Shown here: one piece after another, positions 29,266 through 36,993 of the stretch
How positions within the stretch are numbered: position 1 is the stretch's first letter
Layout of the letters: every line of letters begins with the position of its first letter
Assembly: GCA_964413825.1 (NCBI GenBank)
Contig: CAYPTS010000005.1
Coordinates: 1 to 51,205, forward strand
From: an uncultured bacterium
Lineage (GTDB): Bacteria > Ratteibacteria > UBA8468 > B48-G9 > JAFGKM01
Reading direction: 5' to 3'
DNA: 51,205 nucleotides
The notes under the pieces: model-generated
Seen by the model: the letters and a program-made list of their open reading frames with translations, nothing else
Databases searched by the model: none
Told to the model about the DNA's origin: nothing
Made by a program: the position numbers and the translations under genes

Positions 29266-30465
29266 ATGGGGAAAACAATTGCGGAAATCAATGAAAAAAT
29301 AAAGGAAGGCAAAGCGGTTGTCGTTACCGCCGATGAAATCGTTGAACTGGCGAAAAAACAGCCGGCAAAAAAACTTGCGGCCGAGATAGACGTTGTCACA
29401 ACCGGCACCTTCGGACCCATGTGTTCGTCCGGCGTCTTCCTGAACTTCGGACATTCAAACCCGAGAGTCAAGATTGGCGGAGGGAAAATTTATCTTAACG
29501 GCGTTCCGGGTTACACCGGCATAGCGGCAGTCGACACCTACCTCGGAGCCACCGCGTCCCCGGACAACGACCCGCGCAATTCCGAACATCCGGGCGCCTT
29601 CAGGTACGGCGGGGGACACGTCATAGAAGACCTGGTTGCAGGCAGGGAAGTGATTCTCGAGATAGAGGCATACGGAACCGACTGTTATCCGAACAAGTCG
29701 GTATCGACGCGTTTGAAATTAAGCGACCTAAACGAGGCGCTTTTGTTTAACCCGAGAAACTGCTACCAGAATTACAACGTTGCGGTAAATCTTTCTAAGA
29801 AAACCATTTATACCTATATGGGCATATTGAAGCCGGAAATGGGCAACGCCAATTACTGCAGTGCGGGGCAACTGTCGCCTCTCCTGAAGGACCCCTATCT
29901 CTCAACGATAGGGTTCGGCACAAAAATCTTTCTTGGAGGAGGAACCGGTTACGTTGCATGGTGGGGCACGCAGTACAACCCCGGGGCCAAGAGGACGAAA
30001 AACGGCGTTCCCTGTACGGGCGGGGCGACACTCGCCCTGATAGGCGACCTGAAACAGATGAAGCCGGAATACCTGCGCGGAGCAAGTTTAACCGGCTACG
30101 GAGCAAGCATGATAGTAGGCGTCGGCATCCCCATACCCGTATTGAACGAGGATATAGTGCGCAGGGCATCCATACCGGATGAAGAAATCTATGCTCCTGT
30201 CGTGGACTACAGCCATGACTATCCAAACTGCACGGGAAAAATTCTCGGAGAGGTAAACTACGGACAACTGAAGAGCGGCGAGATAAAACTGCAGAACAAG
30301 AAAATTCCGACAGGGTCGCTTTCAAGTTATAAAAAAGCCAGGGAAATAGCAAACACGCTCAAAGTATGGATACAAAACGGCAGTTTCACGCTTACCGGGA
30401 AGATTTTTGATTTCCCGTCCGCCGACAGCGGGTATGGATTTAAAATGATGAAGGAGGGCCGGTGA
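29266..30465 (+). CDS. COG1900/DUF39 homocysteine-biosynthesis protein
   Basis: N-terminus KTIAEINEKIKEGKAVVVTADE and the overall 399-aa layout match the DUF39 family (MA1821-type), without CBS domains. Confidence 0.75.
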   Translation: MGKTIAEINEKIKEGKAVVVTADEIVELAKKQPAKKLAAEIDVVTTGTFGPMCSSGVFLNFGHSNPRVKIGGGKIYLNGVPGYTGIAAVDTYLGATASPDNDPRNSEHPGAFRYGGGHVIEDLVAGREVILEIEAYGTDCYPNKSVSTRLKLSDLNEALLFNPRNCYQNYNVAVNLSKKTIYTYMGILKPEMGNANYCSAGQLSPLLKDPYLSTIGFGTKIFLGGGTGYVAWWGTQYNPGAKRTKNGVPCTGGATLALIGDLKQMKPEYLRGASLTGYGASMIVGVGIPIPVLNEDIVRRASIPDEEIYAPVVDYSHDYPNCTGKILGEVNYGQLKSGEIKLQNKKIPTGSLSSYKKAREIANTLKVWIQNGSFTLTGKIFDFPSADSGYGFKMMKEGR

Positions 30466-30466
30466 A

Positions 30467-30871
30467 ATGGAAAAAAAATACGTCATGCACTTTCCCGGAA
30501 AGCTCGTTGACAAACCGATTATGTCCAATCTGGTAAAGAAGTTCGGACTGGATTTCAATATTTTGAAAGCATACGTGACGCCCGAAGAAGAAGGCACTCT
30601 TGTCCTCGCGCTCCAGGGAACCGAGAACAACATAAACGACGCGGTCAAGCACCTGAAGGAAATAGGCGTGCGGGTACAGCCGATAGGACGGGGCATTAAA
30701 ATGATAAAGGAATTGTGCACAGACTGTACCGCATGCATACCTGTATGCCCGGTGGGCGCCCTGTACAGGGACACAAAAGACCTGAGCGTAAAGTTTGACG
30801 CAGAAAAATGCATCACCTGCGGCATATGCATAAAGGCATGTCCGACAAAGGCGATGGTGTTCACCATCTAA
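30467..30871 (+). CDS. NIL domain plus 4Fe-4S ferredoxin protein (MA1822-type partner of COG1900)
   Basis: N-terminal NIL-like domain, then two ferredoxin Cys motifs (CTDCTACIPVCP, CITCGICIKACP). Starts 1 nt after the upstream stop. Confidence 0.75.
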   Translation: MEKKYVMHFPGKLVDKPIMSNLVKKFGLDFNILKAYVTPEEEGTLVLALQGTENNINDAVKHLKEIGVRVQPIGRGIKMIKELCTDCTACIPVCPVGALYRDTKDLSVKFDAEKCITCGICIKACPTKAMVFTI

Positions 30872-30953
30872 CCCGAAACCCCTCCATTCCCCCCTTTACA
30901 AAAGGGGGGAGAAGTCATGACCCCTCAAAAAAGGGGCAAGGGGTCAGGGAGGA
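30872..30953. repeat. Family B-like hairpin cluster B4 (degenerate)
   Basis: Two hairpins, 30887-30913 (tcccccc/gggggga) and 30918-30946 (tgacccc/ggggtca), between the NIL-ferredoxin gene and nadA. Confidence 0.5.
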
Positions 30954-30996
30954 TTTGAATGTGTTTTGAAAAATAACAGGAATATCTGCTCTGCAT

Positions 30997-31887
30997 ATGG
31001 ATATAGAAAAATTGAAGAAGGATAAGGGAGCGGTGGTATTGGCGCATAACTATCAACTGCCTGAAATCCAGGAGATTGCGGATTTTACCGGCGATTCCCT
31101 CGAACTGGCGAGGAAGTCGGCGGAACTGGATTGTAAAACGATAGTATTCTGCGGCGTAAGGTTCATGGCGGAGACTGCAAAAATTCTTTCTCCGCGGAAA
31201 ACCGTTCTTTTGCCGGAAATTGATGCCGGATGCCCGCTTGCCGATACTGCCGCGCCGGACGAGGTGCTGAAACTGAAAAAAAAGCACCCCGGCGCATGGG
31301 TAGTCTCTTACGTCAACACGTCCGCGGAGATAAAGGCGCTCACCGACGTCTGCTGTACATCCGCAAACGCGGACAAGGTGGTTAAAAACGTTCCAGCGGA
31401 TAAGATACTCTTCCTGCCGGATAAAAACCTGTGTTCATACGTGCGAAAGCGTGTGCCGGAAAAAGAGATAATCTGCTGGGACGGCTGCTGCTACGTGCAC
31501 AGTAAATTCACGACTCAAGAGGTGGAACAGGCAAGGAAATCTCATCCCGACGCCGAGATTCTGGTTCATCCGGAATGCGAACCGAACGTACAGGAACTGG
31601 CTGACGGCATATATTCAACGTCGGGGATGCTGAAAAGAGCAAAAGAAACCAAAGCGAAAATACTCATTATCGGCACGGAAGAAGGCATGCTTTTCCGTCT
31701 GAAGAAGGACAATCCGGAAAAAGAAATTTACTCGCTCGGTTCCCCCAAGGTCTGTTACAACATGAAAAAGATAACACTGCAAAGTCTTGAAAAGTCTCTG
31801 GAAAAAGGGCAGTACGAGATAAACATTCCGGAGAACATTGCTGAGAAGGCGCGGCTGTCTCTTGAACGGATGATACAGTACATATGA
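30997..31887 (+). CDS. nadA: Quinolinate synthase
   Basis: 296 aa with VLAHNYQ, GDSLELA and VHPEC motifs. Confidence 0.92.
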   Translation: MDIEKLKKDKGAVVLAHNYQLPEIQEIADFTGDSLELARKSAELDCKTIVFCGVRFMAETAKILSPRKTVLLPEIDAGCPLADTAAPDEVLKLKKKHPGAWVVSYVNTSAEIKALTDVCCTSANADKVVKNVPADKILFLPDKNLCSYVRKRVPEKEIICWDGCCYVHSKFTTQEVEQARKSHPDAEILVHPECEPNVQELADGIYSTSGMLKRAKETKAKILIIGTEEGMLFRLKKDNPEKEIYSLGSPKVCYNMKKITLQSLEKSLEKGQYEINIPENIAEKARLSLERMIQYI

Positions 31888-32007
31888 TTCAAAAGGGAAT
31901 CTCTAAGCACCAAACACTAAACAAGTTACAATGAGCCAAATAATAAATTCCAAACAAGAAAATTCAAGTTTGGAGTTTGAAAAATTAGAATTTGAAGGGG
32001 GATAAAA

Positions 32008-32238
32008 ATGGAACTGAGAGAAAAAGTTGAGAAGGCACTCGAAGATATTAAAAAGTTTCTGCAGGCGGACGGCGGAGACTGCGAGATAGTCGACGTAGAC
32101 GACAAGGGGAAGGTCAGCGTGCGGCTGATGGGCTCCTGCAGAGGATGTCCGTTTGCCGCTATTACGCTGAAGACGCGCGTAGAGGCAATTATCAAGGAGC
32201 GCGTTCCGGAAGTTACCGAGGTCGTCGCCGTAGAATGA
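32008..32238 (+). CDS. NifU-like (Nfu C-terminal domain) Fe-S assembly protein
   Basis: 76 aa with LQADGGD...L.GSCRGCP, typical of the NifU C-terminal domain. Confidence 0.85.
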   Translation: MELREKVEKALEDIKKFLQADGGDCEIVDVDDKGKVSVRLMGSCRGCPFAAITLKTRVEAIIKERVPEVTEVVAVE

Positions 32239-32350
32239 TGCAGGATGGATTTCGCCCGTATAGCGGAAGAGGTCTCTCCATAAATTCCTGTGGGAGAGGT
32301 CTCCTGACCTCGATTCTTTCGGCATCGGGAGATGCCTCCCACAAAACAAG

Positions 32351-33538
32351 ATGAGCAAGAAGATACTGGTGGGAATGAGCGGCGGCGTCGATTCCTCGGT
32401 CGCCGCTTTACTCCTCAAAAAAGAGGGATATGCTGTAACCGGCGTTTTCATGAATGTCCGGGGCGATACCGCGCATCCGGTCAATGCATCCCTCAAATCC
32501 GCCTGTTGCGGTCATGAAGGAAAAGACCTTGAAGACGCACAAAAAATTGCCGGCATCCTCGGCATCAAACTGCACATAATAGACCTGTCAAAAGAATACG
32601 GGAAAACCGTTTTAAAATATTTCACAGGGGAATACACCGCCGGCCGCACCCCCAACCCCTGCGTCATCTGCAACAGATTCCTCAAATTCGGAATTCTGCG
32701 CGACAGGGCGGAGAAAGCGGCAGGGGCGACCTTCGACTATTTCGCCACGGGGCACTATGTGCGGGCGGAATACGACAAAACCCTTCGCAGGCACGTGTTG
32801 AAAAAGGGCGCCGACCCGGAAAAAGACCAGAGTTATTTTCTTTTTCTTCTCACACAGGAACAGATTTCACACACGCTTTTCCCGCTCGGCAGGCATACAA
32901 AAAAACAGGTGCGCGCGCTCGCAAAGGAATACGGACTTCCGGTATCGGACAAGGAAGAAAGCCAGGACTTCGCCTGCGGAGACAGGCTTTTCCTTTTTGA
33001 AGGCGCTTGCGGCGAAGGGCCAGTGATTGACCAGGACGGCAGGGTGCTGGGCAGGCACAAAGGAATTTTCAACTACACGATAGGCCAGAGGAAAGGCATG
33101 GGCATAGCGGCGAAACACCCGCTTTACGTCACCGGCATAGACAAAAAGACCAACAGCATAACGGTCGGCGAAAAAAAGGACGTTTACGGGAAGGAACTTA
33201 TCGCCGGAGACGTTAACCTTGTGGGGATTGACAGCATTTCTAAACCGCTGAAGGTCTACGCGAAGATACGGTATAAACACCCCGCCGCTCCCGCCACAGT
33301 TGAGCCCTTTGATGCAAAGCAGCCCCCTCAACCTGCACCTTCTCCCCCAGGGGAGAAGGAAAAGGAGACGACGAAATTCCCTCTACCCTTTGGGGAGAGG
33401 GATAGGGTGAGGGGGGAAAAGGGAAAAATACTGGTACGCTTTGAAAAACCGCAGTGGGCGATAACCCCGGGACAGGCCGTCGTCTTCTACAGAAAAAACC
33501 TTCTCCTCGGCGGCGGCTTTATAAAAAAACGTTTATAA
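32351..33538 (+). CDS. mnmA: tRNA 2-thiouridine(34) synthase MnmA with an internal repeat-derived insertion
   Basis: PP-loop GMSGGVDSSV, catalytic-region NPCVICN, C-terminal TPGQAVVFY. About 33 extra aa are encoded by the repeat pair at 33323-33416. Confidence 0.9.
   Translation: MSKKILVGMSGGVDSSVAALLLKKEGYAVTGVFMNVRGDTAHPVNASLKSACCGHEGKDLEDAQKIAGILGIKLHIIDLSKEYGKTVLKYFTGEYTAGRTPNPCVICNRFLKFGILRDRAEKAAGATFDYFATGHYVRAEYDKTLRRHVLKKGADPEKDQSYFLFLLTQEQISHTLFPLGRHTKKQVRALAKEYGLPVSDKEESQDFACGDRLFLFEGACGEGPVIDQDGRVLGRHKGIFNYTIGQRKGMGIAAKHPLYVTGIDKKTNSITVGEKKDVYGKELIAGDVNLVGIDSISKPLKVYAKIRYKHPAAPATVEPFDAKQPPQPAPSPPGEKEKETTKFPLPFGERDRVRGEKGKILVRFEKPQWAITPGQAVVFYRKNLLLGGGFIKKRL
33323..33416 (+). repeat. 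Family B pair B5 (right-end type, 19-bp spacer, left-end type), in-frame inside mnmA
   Basis: 33323-33359 differs by 1 nt in 37 from 41628-41664. 33379-33416 matches 41219-41256 except in the loop regions. Confidence 0.85.
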
Positions 33539-33607
33539 ATTCCTTTCTTTGTGGTAAAATCAGATAGAAGGTGTTCTATTCCAAAAATATTTAAGACGGA
33601 GGTAATT

Positions 33608-35059
33608 ATGACCGAAGCAAAAATCTTAAAAATTATGGAAAAGGGCGTATCGCAGAAGGTGATACAGGGCGTTTTGTCCACGGGGTTGAAAAACTCCGTG
33701 ACCAGAAAGGCGCTTCTGAAGTCTATCGAGAAAGCTACCTGCAAAATGTCGATGAGGGCCGAAAACAGGCCCGGGAAAGTCAACCTTGAAAGGTACTACA
33801 TGGGCAGGGCGCTTTTAAATTCCATCGGGAAAGCCCTGGACGACAGTTCCATCTCCCCGCAATGCATGCAGGCGCTTACGAACATTTTTCTCGGCAGGAT
33901 ACTGCTGGAGGGCATCCATGCAAGGCGCTCGTTTGAATCAATGCACGGATTCAGGCCGCCCTGCTTCGTCACCATATCGCCCACCAACAACTGTAACCTG
34001 AAGTGCAAAGGATGTTACGCCGGAGACATATACAAACGGCATTCTTTGAGATACGACGTCTTCGACAGGGTAATCACGGAAATAAAAAAAGAGTTCGGGG
34101 CGTACTTCTTCGTGATTTCGGGAGGTGAACCGTTCATTTACAGAGACGGAGGAAAAACACTGTTCGACATACTTGAAAAGCACAGCGACGCCTATTTCAT
34201 GGCGTATACAAACTCGACGCTCATCAGCGACGCCGCCGCAAAGAAACTTAGCCAGCTGGGCAACTTCTCCCCAGCAATCTCCGTAGAGGGGTTTGAGGCG
34301 GAAACCGACGCCAGGCGGGGAACAGGTACGTTCAGGAAAATCATGGCGGCCATGGACAACCTGAAAAAATACGGCGTCCCGTTCGGATTTTCCGCCACCC
34401 CGACGCGGTACAATGCGGATACCCTGCTGTCGGACGAATTCATAAATTTTTATTTCAACGAAAAAGGCGCGATGTACGGATGGTATTTCCAGTATATGCC
34501 CATCGGCAGGAATCCGTCCCTCGAGTTGATGGTCACGCCGGAACAGAGATACAGGATGTTGAAACGCATATGGAAACTCGTGGAGGAAAAATACCTTTTC
34601 ATAGCGGACTTCTGGAACTCGGGCACCGCATCCGACGGATGCATGGCGGCGGCAAGAGGCGGCGGGTATTTTTATATCATGTGGGACGGGACGATAACTC
34701 CCTGCGTCTTCATTCCGTTCAGGGATAAAGACTGCGGAAACCTTTACGAGTTGTACGGAAACGGCAAAACGATAACCGAAGCAATAAAATCTCCATTTTT
34801 TGAGAGATTAAGAAAATGGCAGGACGATTACTGGATTAAACAGCCGAGGGAAAAATGCGGCAACCTTCTGGTTCCGTGCGCAATCAGGGACAACTCGGAA
34901 GACTTCTACCGGATAGTGAAAACCGCCGGAGCGATTCCCGTAGACGAAGGCGCCGAAAAATACCTTGAGTTCATAGAAAAGGGCATTATGCCCGAATACA
35001 ACAGCCGGTACAGGCAATACGCGGACCCTCTGTGGAATAAGGAATATCTGGCACATTGA
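33608..35059 (+). CDS. Radical SAM protein, subfamily unassigned
   Basis: CNLKCKGCYAG (CxxxCxxC) about 125 aa from the N-terminus, and a GGEP motif. ATG 33608 has GGAGG 5 nt upstream. 483 aa. Confidence 0.8.
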   Translation: MTEAKILKIMEKGVSQKVIQGVLSTGLKNSVTRKALLKSIEKATCKMSMRAENRPGKVNLERYYMGRALLNSIGKALDDSSISPQCMQALTNIFLGRILLEGIHARRSFESMHGFRPPCFVTISPTNNCNLKCKGCYAGDIYKRHSLRYDVFDRVITEIKKEFGAYFFVISGGEPFIYRDGGKTLFDILEKHSDAYFMAYTNSTLISDAAAKKLSQLGNFSPAISVEGFEAETDARRGTGTFRKIMAAMDNLKKYGVPFGFSATPTRYNADTLLSDEFINFYFNEKGAMYGWYFQYMPIGRNPSLELMVTPEQRYRMLKRIWKLVEEKYLFIADFWNSGTASDGCMAAARGGGYFYIMWDGTITPCVFIPFRDKDCGNLYELYGNGKTITEAIKSPFFERLRKWQDDYWIKQPREKCGNLLVPCAIRDNSEDFYRIVKTAGAIPVDEGAEKYLEFIEKGIMPEYNSRYRQYADPLWNKEYLAH

Positions 35060-35095
35060 TTCCGGACGACCCAGAAGACTGCACGGGAGACTTCA

Positions 35096-35740
35096 ATGCA
35101 GAAGAGAGGTATGTTTTTTTTGACAATTTTGACGGCTTTCTTTTTTTTCCATACGGCACGCTTGGGCGCTTTAAACCTTGACGAGCCCGCCTCGCAGGTG
35201 GGGGTTTTCGGCGCCGCACTGCTGTTATCTTCCATACCCGCGATGAATTTCAACATCAAGCAACCCGTTTCAAAAGAGGTCTTTTTCGGTTACGGATACG
35301 ACGACCATCTCGAAGGCAAAGGCGAATACATACACCAGACGCTGGCTGTAGACTTCAACTACCAGTACAACCGGAACAACCGGTTCTGGCGGTATTTTCA
35401 GTTCCAGCTTGAACCATTCGTTTCTTTCGTCTCTTCCCCTGACGATAATGCCGAAATAGGATGCGTATTCTTCATCAAGTACACGGTCCCATGGGATTTT
35501 CCCCTCAAACCCTACGTAAGAGGCGGCAGCGGGGTGATACTTCTCACTCAGGAAACCAAAGAGCTGTCCACCATGTTTAACTTTGCAAGCCAGATAGGCT
35601 GCGGCGTCTCCTGCGCCCTGCCCAGGGTTAACATCTCGCTTGAATACAGACTCCGGCACATATCAAACGCGGAAATAAAACAGCCCAACGACGGCATAGA
35701 CGACCGCATATGGCTTGTGGGCATCGGCGGAAATTTCTGA
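35096..35740 (+). CDS. Acyloxyacyl hydrolase / PagL-like lipid A deacylase (outer-membrane beta-barrel)
   Basis: Signal peptide, alternating beta-strand pattern, and C-terminal RHISNAEIKQPNDG...F matching the H.SN catalytic motif of the PagL family. Confidence 0.65.
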   Translation: MQKRGMFFLTILTAFFFFHTARLGALNLDEPASQVGVFGAALLLSSIPAMNFNIKQPVSKEVFFGYGYDDHLEGKGEYIHQTLAVDFNYQYNRNNRFWRYFQFQLEPFVSFVSSPDDNAEIGCVFFIKYTVPWDFPLKPYVRGGSGVILLTQETKELSTMFNFASQIGCGVSCALPRVNISLEYRLRHISNAEIKQPNDGIDDRIWLVGIGGNF

Positions 35741-36972
35741 TGAAAATCGTGGTACTGGCGGGCGAAACCTCCGGAGACAACTACGGCGCATTGCTTGTCG
35801 AAAACATCCGTAAACTCTCCTCGGGCGTTTTCATCGCCGGCACCGGCGGCGAAAAGATGAAAAAGCGGGCAGACCTTTTTATCGAAGGCCTGCCTTGCGG
35901 CACAATGGGTTTTTCAGGAGTGCTGAAAAACATCCACCTGTTCTACCGCTCGTTCAAAGAAATCAGAAAGGCGATTGAAGACATCCGCCCGGATTTAATC
36001 ATACTTATAGACAATCCCGGATTCAACCTGAAAATGGCGCAGGCGCTTGGGAAAAAATTCCCCGTCTGCTATTACATACCCCCCAAGATATGGGCCCATA
36101 ATTACGGCAGGATAAAAACAATAAAAAAATATGTCCGGGCGGTCATCCCCATTTTTGATTTCGAGGAAGGAATATACAGGAAAGAAGGCATCCCGTGCAG
36201 GTGGTTCGGACACCCCGCGGTTGACCTTATTTCATCCTCCATAGAGAATCCCGAAAGAAAAAAAGTGGGCGGGAATGTACCGGTTGTCGGGCTCCTTCCC
36301 GGAAGCAGGCACGAGGAAGTTGCCGGACTTCTCCCTGTTTTCATACGTACGGTACGGCTCCTGAAACAGAAGATGCATGTTGAGGTTCTGCTGTCCGCCG
36401 CCGATGCCGCAACGAGAAAAACGGAGGCGGCAATCCTGAAAGAATACGGCGAGGAACTTGAAATCATCGAAGGCGCTCCCCAGCCGCTCATTAAAAACTC
36501 CGACCTTCTTCTTGCCGCAAGCGGTACGGTAAACCTTGAAGCCGCTCTTGCAGAAAAACCGCTTATAGTTTTTTACAAAACGAGCGCCCTGAATTATCTT
36601 TTGGCGAGAATAATGGTAAAATTAGACTTTATCAGCCCCGTCAATCTTCTTTACGGGGAGAAGATAGTTCCGGAGTACGTGCAGAGGTTCCCTTACGACA
36701 GGATAGCCGAAGACTGCGCGGATATTCTCAAACGCGGGAAGATTTACAGCCGGCAGGCGGAAAAATTCAGGGCACTAAAGGAAAAAACGGGGAGAGGAAA
36801 CGTCAGCGCAAAAGTATCGGAGTTTCTTTTGGGAATGGCTGAAGCAAGAAATCCTCAAGAGACAGAGATTCGGGGCTCGGGATTGGGTGTTCCCCGTAAA
36901 GAAAAAACGGGGCAAGCGGGAAAGACAAAGGCAGGAAAAAGCACTTCCGAATACCTAAACCCGAATCGCTAA
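35740..36972 (+). CDS. lpxB: Lipid-A-disaccharide synthase with a repeat-derived C-terminal tail
   Basis: MKIVVLAGETSGD N-terminus and LLPGSRHEEV. The ATG overlaps the upstream TGA by 1 nt. The last ~38 aa are read from repeat C1. Confidence 0.88.
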   Translation: MKIVVLAGETSGDNYGALLVENIRKLSSGVFIAGTGGEKMKKRADLFIEGLPCGTMGFSGVLKNIHLFYRSFKEIRKAIEDIRPDLIILIDNPGFNLKMAQALGKKFPVCYYIPPKIWAHNYGRIKTIKKYVRAVIPIFDFEEGIYRKEGIPCRWFGHPAVDLISSSIENPERKKVGGNVPVVGLLPGSRHEEVAGLLPVFIRTVRLLKQKMHVEVLLSAADAATRKTEAAILKEYGEELEIIEGAPQPLIKNSDLLLAASGTVNLEAALAEKPLIVFYKTSALNYLLARIMVKLDFISPVNLLYGEKIVPEYVQRFPYDRIAEDCADILKRGKIYSRQAEKFRALKEKTGRGNVSAKVSEFLLGMAEARNPQETEIRGSGLGVPRKEKTGQAGKTKAGKSTSEYLNPNR

Positions 36973-36987
36973 TCCCGGCACCTAAAG
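36857..36987 (+). repeat. Family C element, copy C1
   Basis: About 130 bp and roughly 80% identical by hand alignment to 48088-48221. It shares ttcgggnctcgggatt, ccccgtaaagaaaa..cggggcaagcgggaaagacaaa and ccgaatnccctaaacccgaa. It overlaps the lpxB 3' end. Confidence 0.8.
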
Positions 36988-36993
36988 GGTAAA

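Noticed and set aside
31903-32496. A 197-aa minus-strand ORF spanning the nadA-nfu-mnmA junctions.
   Set aside because: It is antisense to the well-supported nfu gene and the mnmA start, and it has no motifs.
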